A DNA stretch of 64,000 nt, from assembly GCA_947486575.1 (NCBI GenBank), contig CANKUB010000004.1, positions 22,304 through 86,303 on the forward strand, read 5' to 3'. The notes under the pieces were generated by a model. It did no database searches and was not told where the DNA came from. It saw nothing but the letters and a program-made list of their open reading frames with translations. This DNA is from Betaproteobacteria bacterium (GTDB taxonomy: Bacteria; Pseudomonadota; Gammaproteobacteria; Burkholderiales; SG8-41). A program made the position numbers and the translations under genes. Shown here piece by piece: positions 8,431 to 18,795 of this stretch. Each line of letters opens with the position of its first letter. Positions within the stretch are counted from its first letter, which is position 1.

Positions 8431-9984
8431 TTACGACTCGATGCCCACCACCGTAAAACGCAGGCGCGCGCAGGCGGCAGTCTTTTCCACCACGTCCTGT
8501 ATGTGCAGCAGCAATACGTAATCACCCACTGTCATGTGTACGCTGCCCTCGTCATAGCGCGTCGGATCGGCAACCAGTACTTCAATATCTTTTTGATGGG
8601 TGGGATCGGCAGTGAGCAATATGCCTTGATCCAGCGGCATACGCTGCGTGATGCGCAAATCCGTGTCGGCGTAGTCTTCACGCATGATACGCACTGCCTG
8701 CGCATTGCGGCACAACACCTGCACGCCGATTTGTTGTTGGCCATCATCAAGTCGTTGCACGCGGCGCACCATGCCGACCGACCACTCGCCGGCGACTTCG
8801 GTCTCGATGCCTGCGACATTGCCGACACTCACCCAGTCGGCGTTCACCGACGGGATCACCGCGCCAAACCCGCCCGCACTCATGTCGTTGGCAAGCCAGC
8901 TTTCAGCGTTGGATTTTTCAGTGAAATCAAATGGATCCGCTTCAGCGTGTTCGAGTACGCCGATAATTTGCGCAAAGCCCGGCACTACCGTAATGCGGGC
9001 ATTGCTTTTTTGCCGTTCGTGTTGCCGCGCCTGAGGCTTGCCCGACCAATCGCGGTGTATCTGCGTCAGCACCGGCGTCAAAAACTCCAGATCAATGGGG
9101 TAGCTGAAGCCGAGTTCCACCGGCACCTTGGCGGTGTCCTCGATGTAACACAGCGCCTGACACAGTGATTCGCTCGCTGCACCCGCGCCGAAATATCGTA
9201 GATCCGAATCTGCGGCTGGCGCGCGCGATAGCGGCAATGGCGGCTTCGGGTTTTTCAGGTCAAAGCAGTGCGTGCAGCCCTCATCGGCAGTCTTGGACAG
9301 CACAAAATTCGATGAATAGCGGCTGACGATAAACGTTGCCAGATCCTGTCCCGGCGGTTGTAGATTCTCTGTGGAAATGGACGATTGCAGCAGCACCTTG
9401 AGAAATTCACGTTTGATGGAGGATGTATCGCCGGGATACATCAGCATTTCTTCGTCGATGTTTTCAGCTTCGATATACGTGTACAAATTGGCGAGGCCCA
9501 TCCAGATCGACGGCACCGGCGCCGCATAACGCAGGCGCAACCACTGCAACTGGCGGCGTAACGCCCGCATCGAACGCGCTACGGCGACGCGTGCGGGCTT
9601 GCGAAAACCAGCCGCCGCCGCCGGATCAGCAGCATAGTGCTGCGCGCAGATGGCATACGCGGTGGCGAGCTCGTTCCAGCAGTTGTAGGCGCCATTCCAC
9701 AGGTCGGCTTCACGCTGCCGGGTTTGCCGCGAAGTTTGCAGATATTCACGCAATAAAAGGCGCGTGCGTTCTACGGTCGCCGCATCGAGCAGATAGATGT
9801 CGTCGTAGCGTTCTTCCAGTGTCAGCGTATCGGTGCAGTTGATTGCAGCGAGTGCTTCGGTGATTTGCACCACTGCCGATACAGCATCTTCTGCCGATAA
9901 AGCCGCGATCACGTCGTGAGGGTCACGCAGCAGCGACATCCCATCCGCAGTCTTTTGTGTCCCCATCCAGTTCAACATACGCAC
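8431..9984 (-). CDS. Large hypothetical protein with a C-terminal PilZ-like (c-di-GMP binding) domain
   Basis: RQHER (RxxxR) is followed about 45 aa later by NDMSAGGFG (D/NxSxxG). I do not recognise the roughly 330 aa N-terminal region. Confidence 0.5.
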   Translation of the reverse strand: MRMLNWMGTQKTADGMSLLRDPHDVIAALSAEDAVSAVVQITEALAAINCTDTLTLEERYDDIYLLDAATVERTRLLLREYLQTSRQTRQREADLWNGAYNCWNELATAYAICAQHYAADPAAAAGFRKPARVAVARSMRALRRQLQWLRLRYAAPVPSIWMGLANLYTYIEAENIDEEMLMYPGDTSSIKREFLKVLLQSSISTENLQPPGQDLATFIVSRYSSNFVLSKTADEGCTHCFDLKNPKPPLPLSRAPAADSDLRYFGAGAASESLCQALCYIEDTAKVPVELGFSYPIDLEFLTPVLTQIHRDWSGKPQARQHERQKSNARITVVPGFAQIIGVLEHAEADPFDFTEKSNAESWLANDMSAGGFGAVIPSVNADWVSVGNVAGIETEVAGEWSVGMVRRVQRLDDGQQQIGVQVLCRNAQAVRIMREDYADTDLRITQRMPLDQGILLTADPTHQKDIEVLVADPTRYDEGSVHMTVGDYVLLLHIQDVVEKTAACARLRFTVVGIES

Positions 9985-10184
9985 TCCGATCCTCCATCGG
10001 CCAGCGGAAATTTTAGCAAGAAATCATGTATTTACCTACACATATCGGGTGCGGGCCTGTAACTTGACTGCCACGGCAGTTCACAGACCCGGTAAAATGC
10101 AGATGCCTGCACTGCGATCTGCGCAACTGTCGGTCAATTCCGTAAATCTGTATGGAATCCGGTAAATTTAATACCCATAGTTCC

Positions 10185-10403
10185 GTGATTACACTCACCG
10201 TCAATGGCGAAGCGCGCCAATTCTCGCAACCCGCGCCGTTGGCGTGCTTAACCTGTGCGGGCCTGATCGACGCGCTCGGACTGACCGGTAAACGCGTGGC
10301 GCTCGAACGCAATGGCGAAATCGTGCCGCGCGGACGCCACGCCGAAGAAGCGCTCGTCGACGGTGATAAAATTGAAATCGTGGTGGCCGTTGGCGGCGGC
10401 TAA
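10185..10403 (+). CDS. thiS: Sulfur carrier protein ThiS
   Basis: Ends in …VVAVGGG (C-terminal GG). The GTG start at 10185 gives a typical size of about 72 aa. It lies immediately upstream of thiG. Confidence 0.8.
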   Translation: MITLTVNGEARQFSQPAPLACLTCAGLIDALGLTGKRVALERNGEIVPRGRHAEEALVDGDKIEIVVAVGGG

Positions 10404-10424
10404 AATCCACAAAAAGGACGCAAC

Positions 10425-11228
10425 ATGACTGTGCATGACAATCTGGATTCGCTGCTGATCGGCGGCAAGGCGTACCACTCGCGTTTGATGGTGGGCACTG
10501 GCAAGTACAAGGATTTTGCAGAAACCCGTGCGGCAGTCGATGCCAGCGGCGCGCAAATCATAACGGTGGCGATACGCCGTACCAATATTGGCCAAAATCC
10601 CAACGAGCCGAGCTTGCTGGACGCGCTGCCACCGTCGCAATTTACCCTGCTGCCGAATACGGCGGGATGTTATTCCGCAGACGACGCCGTGCGCACCTTG
10701 CGTCTTGCGCGTGAGTTGCTCGACGGCCACGATCTGGTCAAACTCGAAGTGCTGGGCGATCCCAAAACGCTGTATCCCAATGTGGTCGAAACCATCGCTG
10801 CCGCCAAGACCCTGGTGAAAGACGGCTTCAAAGTGATGGTCTACACCTCGGATGACCCCATCATCGCCAAACAACTTGAAGAAATCGGCTGCGTCGCGGT
10901 TATGCCGCTGGCTTCGCTGATCGGCTCTGGCATGGGCATTCTGAATCCGTGGAATCTGCAAATTATCATCGAAAACGCCAAGGTGCCGGTGGTGGTGGAT
11001 GCCGGTGTGGGCACAGCGTCGGATGCAGCGATTGCGATGGAACTCGGCTGCGACGCGGTGCTGATGAACACCGCAATTGCTGCTGCGCGCGACCCGGTAT
11101 TGATGGCGTCTGCGATGAAAAAAGCAGTGGAGGCCGGGCGTGATGCGTGGCGCGCAGGGCGTATGCCTAAAAAGCTGTATTCAGCTTCGCCAAGTTCACC
11201 GACGGGCGGTATGATCGGCAAGGCCTAG
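10425..11228 (+). CDS. thiG: Thiazole synthase
   Basis: Full-length match to the ThiG pattern (…GTGKY…NTAGC…KLEVL…PLASLIGSG…). Confidence 0.95.
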   Translation: MTVHDNLDSLLIGGKAYHSRLMVGTGKYKDFAETRAAVDASGAQIITVAIRRTNIGQNPNEPSLLDALPPSQFTLLPNTAGCYSADDAVRTLRLARELLDGHDLVKLEVLGDPKTLYPNVVETIAAAKTLVKDGFKVMVYTSDDPIIAKQLEEIGCVAVMPLASLIGSGMGILNPWNLQIIIENAKVPVVVDAGVGTASDAAIAMELGCDAVLMNTAIAAARDPVLMASAMKKAVEAGRDAWRAGRMPKKLYSASPSSPTGGMIGKA

Positions 11229-11236
11229 AAAAATAT

Positions 11237-11256
11237 CAATAAAAACAAATAGTTAC
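11237..11256 (+). repeat. AT-rich dispersed motif copy
   Basis: CAATAAAAACAAATAGTTAC matches 20/20 and is preceded by AAATAT. It sits in the thiG-trmB spacer. Confidence 0.85.
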
Positions 11257-11279
11257 AGTTCTCTGTGTAACTACCTAGT

Positions 11280-11957
11280 ATGACAGCGGTTTCTCGTCAC
11301 ATTCGCAGCTACGTGCTGCGCCAGGGTCGCGTTTCCAACGCACAGCAGCGCGCGTGTGAAACGCTGCTGCCGCGCTATGGCGTGTCATTTTCCGAAGCGC
11401 GCCTTGATCTGGAAAAATTATTCGGACGCAACGCACCGAAAATTCTCGAAATCGGTTTTGGCATGGGCGAATCCACCGCAGTCATCGCCGCCGCGCAGCC
11501 GGGCAACGATTATCTCGGTATCGAAGTACACACGCCCGGCGTGGGTAACCTACTCAAGCTGATTGACGTACAAGCGCTTACCAATGTGCGCATCATTCAG
11601 CACGACGCGGTGGAGGTGTTGCGTCACATGATTGCGCCGGGAACGCTTGACGGCATACACATTTTTTTCCCCGACCCGTGGCCTAAAAACCGCCACCACA
11701 AGCGGCGGCTGATACAAGCGCCGCTGGTCAGCGTGCTGACTGAGAAATTGAAGCCCGGCGGCTATCTGCACGCTGCCACCGATTGGCACGAGTATGCGGA
11801 GCAGATACTGGCGGTGTTTGCGGCGACGCCTGCTTTAAAAAATACCGCAGCAGATTACGCACCGCGACCTGAGTACCGGCCACGCACCAAGTTTGAGACG
11901 CGTGGGTTAAGGCTGGGGCATGGCGTGTGGGATATTGTGTTTATTCGTGACGCGTAA
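11280..11957 (+). CDS. trmB: tRNA (guanine-N7)-methyltransferase
   Basis: [13 protein letters not shown]-binding motif and [16 protein letters not shown] motif. Confidence 0.9.
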   Translation: MTAVSRHIRSYVLRQGRVSNAQQRACETLLPRYGVSFSEARLDLEKLFGRNAPKILEIGFGMGESTAVIAAAQPGNDYLGIEVHTPGVGNLLKLIDVQALTNVRIIQHDAVEVLRHMIAPGTLDGIHIFFPDPWPKNRHHKRRLIQAPLVSVLTEKLKPGGYLHAATDWHEYAEQILAVFAATPALKNTAADYAPRPEYRPRTKFETRGLRLGHGVWDIVFIRDA

Positions 11958-11963
11958 ATTGTT

Positions 11964-14063
11964 TCACGATGGATTCCGCGCCAGCAAAAACGCCCGCAGC
12001 GCCTGCGGGTCCAGCGGACGCGAAAAGAAATATCCCTGAATTTCGTCGCATTCGTTTTCGCGCAGAAAATCAAGTTGATCTTCGGTTTCAACGCCTTCCG
12101 CGATCACCTTCAAATCGAGCGCATGGCCCAACTGAATAACCGCGCGCGCGATTGCTGCGCCGTCGCTGGATGAATTCACTTCGCGCGTGAACGATTGATC
12201 GATCTTCAATCGATCAATGGGAAACCGCCGCAGATAACTCAGGCTGGAATAGCCGGTGCCGAAATCATCGATCGCCATCATCAGGCCCAGGCTTTTCAGC
12301 TCTTTGAGTTTGGTGACTACCGAATCGACATCTTTCATTGCCAGACCTTCGGTGATCTCCAGTTCCAGGTGTCTGGCGTCAAGGCCGGTGTGCGACAGAA
12401 TGTCAGCCACTTTGAGTATCAGCCGCTCGTCACGAAACTGGCGCGGCGACAGGTTGACGGCCACATGGCCAATCGCAAAGCCTTCGTCCAGCAGCGCTTT
12501 GGTTTCACGGCAGGCCTCTTCCATTACCCAACTGCCTATGGTCACAATCAGATCCGACTCTTCCGCTACCGGAATAAAACGGCCCGGTGACACCATGCCC
12601 ATCTCCGGGTGCTTCCAGCGTACCAGCGCCTCCATGCCGATGACGCGATCATCCTTTGCGTCGACCTGCGGCTGGTAATGCAGCTGCAACTCGCTGTTGT
12701 CCACGGCGCGGCGCAAGTGCGCCTCCATCTGCAGGCGTTCCTCGGTAAAGCGGTCGCTGTCAGCCGAGTAAAAATAATAACAGTCACCCCCCAGCGTGCG
12801 TGCGTGCCGCATCGCGGTATCGGCACGGCGCAATAAAGTTTCAGGGTCGGGGCCGTCATTCGGATACAGCGCGCACCCCACACTGCAGGTAACGACGACT
12901 TCCTGTTCGCCGATCATGAACGGCGCACGCACGGCGCTCAGTACGCGTTTCATCGCCTGAGATGCACCACCGAGGTTATCGATATCAATCAGCGTCATGG
13001 CAAATGAATCAGCACCCAGCCGCGCCACGGAATCATGGTCGCGCAAAGCGCTGCGCAACCGCAGCGCCACGCCCTTTAATAACTCATCACCGGCGTCGTG
13101 GCCGAGGCTTTGATTGACGTACTTGAAGTGATCCACGTTAACCACGAAAGTGGCGACCATGCGTTCATAACGCTGGCCGTAGGCGATGCCGTGCCGCAGA
13201 TGGTCCACCAGCAACGGACGGTTGGCCACACCGGTCAGACTATCGTGCGTATCACGAAGCACCATCTCGTCAAGATAGTGCCGCGTCTGGGTAAAATCCG
13301 TCACCGTGCCCACCAGCGAAGTCAGTTCACCCTTGGCGTTGGACAAGCCCACGCCGCGTTCAGTGACCCAGCGCGGTGAGCCATCCGGCGATAACACGCG
13401 GTATTCGATGTTGTAGCGTGCGCCTGTGGCGAGCTGATTCTGCACATCGTGCCAGGTGATGGTGAAATCTTCCGGCGCAATAATCGATGCCCAGGTGCGC
13501 GTCGCGTTATTGACAAAATCCGCTGGCGGATAACCGGTTAAATCCAGGCAACCATCGCTGATAAATTGCATGCTCCAGCGTTCGTCAGGCAAGCGCTGGT
13601 AGACAGCCAGCGGCAGATTTTGCATAAGCGTCGACAGCATGGCCTCACTATCGCGCACCTGTGTGCGGCGTACGGCTTGTTGGGTGACATCAACCGCGAC
13701 CCCCAGCGTGCCCGTGACGCCGCCATTGCCATCGAGCAACGCCATGCGATGCGTCTCGAAATGACGGGATTGCCTCGCCGGATTAAAAATAAACAGCTTG
13801 CCGTGCCGGGCGGTTTTTGTGGCAATGACTTCGCGGTCTTGCAGCAGTGATTGCTCCGCCATTTCCAGCGGAAAAAGATTAAAGTCAGTTACATCAATAA
13901 CATCAATCTCGCCACCGGATTGGCCCAACTGAAACTCGCACATTCGGCGAAACGCGGCGTTCACCACCACGTAGCGATGCCCGGCGTCTTTCACCCACGC
14001 CGGGTCTGGCATCGCTTCGAGAAAGCTGACTGAAATCGTTTGCGCGAGGCTCTTGATATCCAT
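11964..14063 (-). CDS. PAS-PAS-GGDEF(degenerate)-EAL signalling protein, probable c-di-GMP phosphodiesterase
   Basis: Two PAS-like regions. The GGDEF position reads GADSF. The EAL domain carries EALVRW and DDFGTGYSSLSYL. Confidence 0.9.
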   Translation of the reverse strand: MDIKSLAQTISVSFLEAMPDPAWVKDAGHRYVVVNAAFRRMCEFQLGQSGGEIDVIDVTDFNLFPLEMAEQSLLQDREVIATKTARHGKLFIFNPARQSRHFETHRMALLDGNGGVTGTLGVAVDVTQQAVRRTQVRDSEAMLSTLMQNLPLAVYQRLPDERWSMQFISDGCLDLTGYPPADFVNNATRTWASIIAPEDFTITWHDVQNQLATGARYNIEYRVLSPDGSPRWVTERGVGLSNAKGELTSLVGTVTDFTQTRHYLDEMVLRDTHDSLTGVANRPLLVDHLRHGIAYGQRYERMVATFVVNVDHFKYVNQSLGHDAGDELLKGVALRLRSALRDHDSVARLGADSFAMTLIDIDNLGGASQAMKRVLSAVRAPFMIGEQEVVVTCSVGCALYPNDGPDPETLLRRADTAMRHARTLGGDCYYFYSADSDRFTEERLQMEAHLRRAVDNSELQLHYQPQVDAKDDRVIGMEALVRWKHPEMGMVSPGRFIPVAEESDLIVTIGSWVMEEACRETKALLDEGFAIGHVAVNLSPRQFRDERLILKVADILSHTGLDARHLELEITEGLAMKDVDSVVTKLKELKSLGLMMAIDDFGTGYSSLSYLRRFPIDRLKIDQSFTREVNSSSDGAAIARAVIQLGHALDLKVIAEGVETEDQLDFLRENECDEIQGYFFSRPLDPQALRAFLLARNPS
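13781..13801 (+). repeat. AT-rich dispersed motif copy (indel variant), intragenic
   Basis: GATTAAAAATAAACAGCTTGC lies inside the minus-strand GGDEF/EAL gene, where it encodes …KLFIFN…. Confidence 0.45.
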
Positions 14064-14128
14064 TTTGATTTAAGCCCGTGCCACCGATGGCGCACGCGTT
14101 AATGCATCGATCCACGGCATGACGTTGA

Positions 14129-15106
14129 TTATTTTTCTACGCGAAGATTCGCGTCCTTGATTAATTTGCCCCACCGCGTAGTCTCGCTCGCCATGAAGGC
14201 GCCGAACTGCTCCGGCGTACTGGAAATCGCGGCAACGCCGAGTTCGCCCAGGCGGGATTTCACATTTTGCGTGGCCAGTGCCTTGACCAGATCGGCATTT
14301 ACTTTGTCGATAATCGGACGCGGCACGCCTGCCGGGAACAAAATGCCCCACCAGTTCACCGCAGCAAATCCTTTCAAGCCGGCCTCGGCGAGCGTGGGCA
14401 GTTCCGGCGTAAATGGCCAGCGCTCCTCGCTGGTAACTGCCATGGCGCGCAACTTGCCGGTTTTCATCGCCTGCATCGCAGGCAATGCATCGGAGAACAT
14501 GGTGGTGATCTGCCCGCCCATGATGTCGGTAATTGCCAGTGCGTTACCTTTGTACGGAATGGTAATCAGCTTGACGCCAGCGATCTGCTGAAACATCTCA
14601 CCGGCAAAATGCGACATGCTGCCAGGGCCGCTGGTGCCATACGTCAACTCGCCGGGGCGCGCCTTGGCGAGCGCCACCAGATCCTTGATGGTTTTCACCG
14701 GCATCGTCACCGGCACCACCAGAATATTGGCGGAGTTGGTAATACGCGATACCGGCGCGAAATCTTTTTGCCAGTCGTAATTCACCTTGGCCAGCAATGG
14801 CTTGGCCACCACCGGGCCGAAATTGCCGAGCAAAAATGTATAGCCATCAGCGGGCTGGCGCGCGGCATATTCCATGCCGATGGAACCATCGGCGCCGGGC
14901 CGTGATTCGACGATCACTTGCTGGCCCCAGTATTCAGAAAGTTGCTGGCCGATAATTCGCGCCATCACATCGGAGCTGCCGCCCGCCGGATAGGTGACGA
15001 TAAAGCGCACCAGCTTACTGGGATAGTTTTGCGCTTGCGCAAATCCGCAACCCAACATCAGTGCCGGAACCGCAGCGCTCAACCCAATCCTGATGAATCG
15101 ATTCAT
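14129..15106 (-). CDS. Bug/TctC-family periplasmic substrate-binding protein
   Basis: Signal peptide followed by the family N-terminal block (YPSKLVRFIVTYPAGGSSD). Confidence 0.85.
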   Translation of the reverse strand: MNRFIRIGLSAAVPALMLGCGFAQAQNYPSKLVRFIVTYPAGGSSDVMARIIGQQLSEYWGQQVIVESRPGADGSIGMEYAARQPADGYTFLLGNFGPVVAKPLLAKVNYDWQKDFAPVSRITNSANILVVPVTMPVKTIKDLVALAKARPGELTYGTSGPGSMSHFAGEMFQQIAGVKLITIPYKGNALAITDIMGGQITTMFSDALPAMQAMKTGKLRAMAVTSEERWPFTPELPTLAEAGLKGFAAVNWWGILFPAGVPRPIIDKVNADLVKALATQNVKSRLGELGVAAISSTPEQFGAFMASETTRWGKLIKDANLRVEK

Positions 15107-15212
15107 TTCTCATCCTTATTTTATTGACGGCAAATTTAACATGTAATTTACCGCAAGCCCCGCTACCGGTGCATCAACCCCACCGTTAACCTGACATCAA
15201 GTTGAAGAAACC

Positions 15213-15232
15213 GTAACTTATTGTATTTATTG
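15213..15232 (-). repeat. AT-rich dispersed motif copy
   Basis: The reverse complement CAATAAATACAATAAGTTAC matches 17/20, with flanks CCG… and …AGATATT. It lies downstream of hemW. Confidence 0.75.
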
Positions 15233-15248
15233 AGATATTCTCAGTATA

Positions 15249-16454
15249 TTAAGTACCGCTATCCGGTAGGAACGTCTGTAGCAGTTCGTTTAAAAACCGC
15301 CGCCCCTGTAGCGTGGGTGAGACGCGTTGATGATCGCGCGTAATGAATCCGCGCCGCTCAGCGTCTTCCAGCGCGCGCAAAAGTCTTGTCAGCGGCACAC
15401 CCGCGCGCTCGGCAAACAGGCTCACTTCAAAGCCGCCCGTTAAACGTAACGCGTTCATCATGAACTCAAAGCCGATATCAGTGGCGCTGACCTCATGGGA
15501 TTCCTGGACTGCGTTGCCCGCAATTGCTTTTTCCATGAATTGCTTCGGCTGGCGGTAACGTACTTCGCGCAGCACGCGATCGGGAAATGAAATTTTGCCA
15601 TGCGCGCCTGCGCCGATGCCGACGTAATCACCGAACAGCCAGTAATTCAAATTGTGTTTGCAGCGCGCGCCAGGCCGCGCGAAGGCGGATGTTTCATAGT
15701 TATCATAACCATGTGAGGCAAGCAGGGCTTCGATTTCAATTTGCATCTCGGCAGACGTATCATCATCCGGCAACTTGGGCGGATAACGATGAAAGTACGT
15801 ATTCGGCTCCAGCGTCAGGTGATACGCCGAAAGATGCGGTGGTTTAAAAGTCAGTGCCGTTTTGATATCGGCCAGCGCTTCTTTGATGCTTTGCTGCGGC
15901 AGGCCGTACATTACATCCAGATTGAAATTATCAAAATGCTCGCACGCGATGTCGATGGCGCGTCGCGCCTGCGTGTCGTCGTGGATGCGCCCCAGCGCTT
16001 TCAAATGCTGAGGATTAAAACTTTGGATGCCGAGCGATAAACGATTCACACCCGCTGCGCGATAATCACGAAAGCGCGCCGCTTCAACCGTGCCGGGATT
16101 CGCCTCCAGCGTAATTTCCGCATCGGGCGTCAATGGCAAGCGTGCGCGCACGGCGGCGAGAATGTCATCCACTGTCGCACCGGACAGCAAACTCGGCGTG
16201 CCCCCACCGAAAAACACTGTGCTGATGCGTCGCCCCCATACGCGCGGCAATGTCTGCTCGAAATCCGCAATCAGCGCGGCGATGTAATTTTGCTCCGGGA
16301 TTTCTGTGCCAGCGCTCTTGACCTCATGCGAATTAAAATCGCAGTAAGGACACTTTTTCAGGCACCACGGAACATGAATATAGAGAGACAGCGGCGGTAG
16401 TGCGCTGAATTTCAGCGCAGAATGATCAACAACAATGGCCGGTTGAACGCTCAT
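15249..16454 (-). CDS. hemW: Radical SAM heme chaperone HemW (HemN-like)
   Basis: CxxxCxxC motif (CLKKCPYCDF) and a HemN C-terminal domain. The 4-nt overlap with rdgB matches the conserved rdgB-hemW pairing. Confidence 0.9.
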   Translation of the reverse strand: MSVQPAIVVDHSALKFSALPPLSLYIHVPWCLKKCPYCDFNSHEVKSAGTEIPEQNYIAALIADFEQTLPRVWGRRISTVFFGGGTPSLLSGATVDDILAAVRARLPLTPDAEITLEANPGTVEAARFRDYRAAGVNRLSLGIQSFNPQHLKALGRIHDDTQARRAIDIACEHFDNFNLDVMYGLPQQSIKEALADIKTALTFKPPHLSAYHLTLEPNTYFHRYPPKLPDDDTSAEMQIEIEALLASHGYDNYETSAFARPGARCKHNLNYWLFGDYVGIGAGAHGKISFPDRVLREVRYRQPKQFMEKAIAGNAVQESHEVSATDIGFEFMMNALRLTGGFEVSLFAERAGVPLTRLLRALEDAERRGFITRDHQRVSPTLQGRRFLNELLQTFLPDSGT

Positions 16455-17068
16455 GCGACGATATTCAATCTGCCCAGTTTTACGGCAAGTTCCGCCAGCG
16501 CTTTGCCGCGATGACTGATTTTATTTTTTTCTGCCGCAGGCAATTCCGCCGCCGTTTTGTTCAACGCAGGCAGAAAAAAATACGGGTCGTAACCAAAGCC
16601 GCCGTCGCCACGCGGCGTATCGATTATTTTGCCATGCCAGCGCCCTTCAGCAATCAACGGTTCAGGATCATCCGCATGGCGCACCAACGCGATCACGCAG
16701 ACGTAGTGCGCGCCAAGGTCGCCTTTGCCAGCAAGCGACGCCATCAACTTTGCATTGTTGCGTGCATCCTGTGCTTCCCGATCGCCGGCCGCATCAGCAA
16801 AACGGGCTGAATGTACGCCTGGCGCACCACCCAGTGCATTCACGCAAATTCCTGAATCGTCTGCGAACGCGGGCAAACCCGATGCACGGCTGGCGTGTCG
16901 CGCTTTGGCCAGCGCATTTTCAATAAAGGTGCAATGCGGTTCTTCCGCCTCTGCAATGCCTAACGCCGCCTGCGAAAGTAATGTCAGCCCCAACGGCTCG
17001 CACAGTTGCTGAAACTCACGCAGCTTGCCGGGGTTGCCCGAGGCCAGAACGAGCTTATCGAATGTCAC
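16451..17068 (-). CDS. rdgB: dITP/XTP pyrophosphatase
   Basis: GNPGKLREF, FADDSG and KISHRG motifs. GTG start at 17068. Confidence 0.9.
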   Translation of the reverse strand: MTFDKLVLASGNPGKLREFQQLCEPLGLTLLSQAALGIAEAEEPHCTFIENALAKARHASRASGLPAFADDSGICVNALGGAPGVHSARFADAAGDREAQDARNNAKLMASLAGKGDLGAHYVCVIALVRHADDPEPLIAEGRWHGKIIDTPRGDGGFGYDPYFFLPALNKTAAELPAAEKNKISHRGKALAELAVKLGRLNIVA

Positions 17069-17076
17069 AAAATAAT

Positions 17077-17096
17077 CAATAAAAACAAATGCTTAC
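17077..17096 (+). repeat. AT-rich dispersed motif copy
   Basis: CAATAAAAACAAATGCTTAC matches 18/20. The 23 nt at 17076-17098 are identical to 27467-27489. The copy overlaps the rph stop codon. Confidence 0.85.
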
Positions 17097-17818
17097 GGCG
17101 CATCGAATGCGGCGTGCTGTTTAGCGATTAACGCACGGATTCCGCTTTGAGCTAACTCAATCAGTGCATCCATTTCCGCGCGCGAAAACGGCGCGCCTTC
17201 GGCAGTGCCCTGAATTTCGATCATGCCGCCGCTGCCGGTCATCACCACATTCATGTCGGTATCGCAGGTGGAGTCCTCTGCGTAATCCAGATCCAGCAGC
17301 GGCGTGCCCGCGTGTATGCCCACCGAAACCGCCGCAACGTGTTCGCGTATCGGCGATGCTGCAATCAATTTTTTTGCCAGCAATCCACTGACCGCATCAT
17401 GCAGCGCAACGAACGCCCCAGTGATGCTCGCGGTGCGCGTGCCACCATCGGCTTGCAGCACATCACAATCCAGATGAATCGAGCGCGGCCCCAGCGCATT
17501 TAAATCCACTACCGCGCGCAGCGACCTGCCGATCAGGCGTTGTATCTCTTGCGTGCGCCCCGATTGTTTGCCGCGTGCCGCTTCACGATCCATACGTGTG
17601 TGCGTGCTTCGCGGCAGCATGCCGTACTCTGCCGTCACCCAGCCTTGCTGCGTGCTACGCAAATGCGGCGGCTGTTTTTCCAGCACGCTTGCCGTACACA
17701 ATACCTTGGTGTTGCCGCTTTCGATCAGCACGGATCCTTCGGCGTGACACGTATAGTTGCGCGTGATGCGGATGGTGCGCAATTCGTCGGGTTTTCTACC
17801 GCTGTGACGTGTGCTCAT
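17093..17818 (-). CDS. rph: Ribonuclease PH
   Basis: [14 protein letters not shown]…HAEGSVL… and the rest follow the RNase PH pattern. The internal ATG at 17818 is preferred over the ORF-track start. Confidence 0.9.
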   Translation of the reverse strand: MSTRHSGRKPDELRTIRITRNYTCHAEGSVLIESGNTKVLCTASVLEKQPPHLRSTQQGWVTAEYGMLPRSTHTRMDREAARGKQSGRTQEIQRLIGRSLRAVVDLNALGPRSIHLDCDVLQADGGTRTASITGAFVALHDAVSGLLAKKLIAASPIREHVAAVSVGIHAGTPLLDLDYAEDSTCDTDMNVVMTGSGGMIEIQGTAEGAPFSRAEMDALIELAQSGIRALIAKQHAAFDAP

Positions 17819-17856
17819 GCTATCTTCTCGTTTCAATCAATGAAAGCGGATTATAC

Positions 17857-18738
17857 GTGAGCACTCCTCAAACGATTTACAGCATGACCGGTTATGGCAT
17901 CGCCACCCGCGAACTGCAAAGCGGCACGCTCACGGTGGAAATCCGTGCGGTGAACAACCGCTACCTCGACATACAGTTCCGTCTGCCGGAAGAATTGCGC
18001 GCGGTTGAGCCCACGCTGCGGGAATTGCTGGCCGCCAAATTGACGCGCGGCAAGATCGAATGCCGCATCGCCATGGCCGCATCAACGGCCACACCTGCCG
18101 CAGCCGAATTAAACCAGATCATGCTGCAACAACTCGCCACACTCAATGCGCAAGTGCTGAAAGTATTTCCGCAGGCCGGTAGTCTGCGCGCAGCCGACGT
18201 GCTGCGCTGGCCCGGCATACTGGGCGCGGACACCCTGCCCGCCGACGCATTGCGCAACGCCTGTCGCGATGCCACTGCTGCAGCGCTCGAAGAATTCATG
18301 GCAGCGCGCGCGCGCGAAGGCGCAAAACTGAAAGACGCGATTCTGCAACACGCCGGCGCCATTGAAACGTGCGTCGCGGGGCTCGCGCCGCGCATGCCAG
18401 CAGCTATCGCCGCGTTCCAGGAAAAACTCAATCTGCGCCTGAAAGAGGCATTGATTAACATTGACGACGAACGCATTCGTCAGGAAGTGGTGCTCTATGC
18501 CGGCAAAATCGATGTCGATGAAGAGCTAACCCGGCTGAAAACCCATATGAGCGAATTGCGACGCATCCTTGCCAATGGGGGCGCAGCGGGCAAGCGGCTG
18601 GATTTTCTGATGCAGGAATTAAACCGCGAAGCCAATACACTGGGGTCAAAAGCCGCTGACATTGAAATCACGCAGGCGGCTATGGATTTGAAATTGCTGA
18701 TCGAGCAGATGCGCGAGCAAATACAAAATATCGAGTGA
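17857..18738 (+). CDS. yicC: YicC family stress-induced protein
   Basis: …IYSMTGYG… N-terminus and the conserved C-terminal NREANTLGSKA motif. The start is GTG 17857 or ATG 17884. Confidence 0.8.
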   Translation: MSTPQTIYSMTGYGIATRELQSGTLTVEIRAVNNRYLDIQFRLPEELRAVEPTLRELLAAKLTRGKIECRIAMAASTATPAAAELNQIMLQQLATLNAQVLKVFPQAGSLRAADVLRWPGILGADTLPADALRNACRDATAAALEEFMAARAREGAKLKDAILQHAGAIETCVAGLAPRMPAAIAAFQEKLNLRLKEALINIDDERIRQEVVLYAGKIDVDEELTRLKTHMSELRRILANGGAAGKRLDFLMQELNREANTLGSKAADIEITQAAMDLKLLIEQMREQIQNIE

Positions 18739-18795
18739 CATTTCACAACGGAACGCACAATCACCCTGCTACTTGTGCCGATTGCCATTCAATCC

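Noticed and set aside
10013-10184. A possible TPP riboswitch upstream of thiS.
   Set aside because: I could not find the conserved CTGAGA and ACCTGATCTGGATAATGCCAGCG-type elements in this leader.
11233-11258. Interpreting the AT-rich motif as an IHF site (WATCAAnnnnTTR), an H-NS nucleation site (TCGATAAATT-like) or a Tus/Ter-like site (shared GTAACTA).
   Set aside because: Only partial resemblance exists in each case. After ATCAA the spacing gives AAC rather than TTR. Ter sites are rare per genome. None of these explains 20-plus-nt conservation inside coding regions. They are kept only as weak alternatives.
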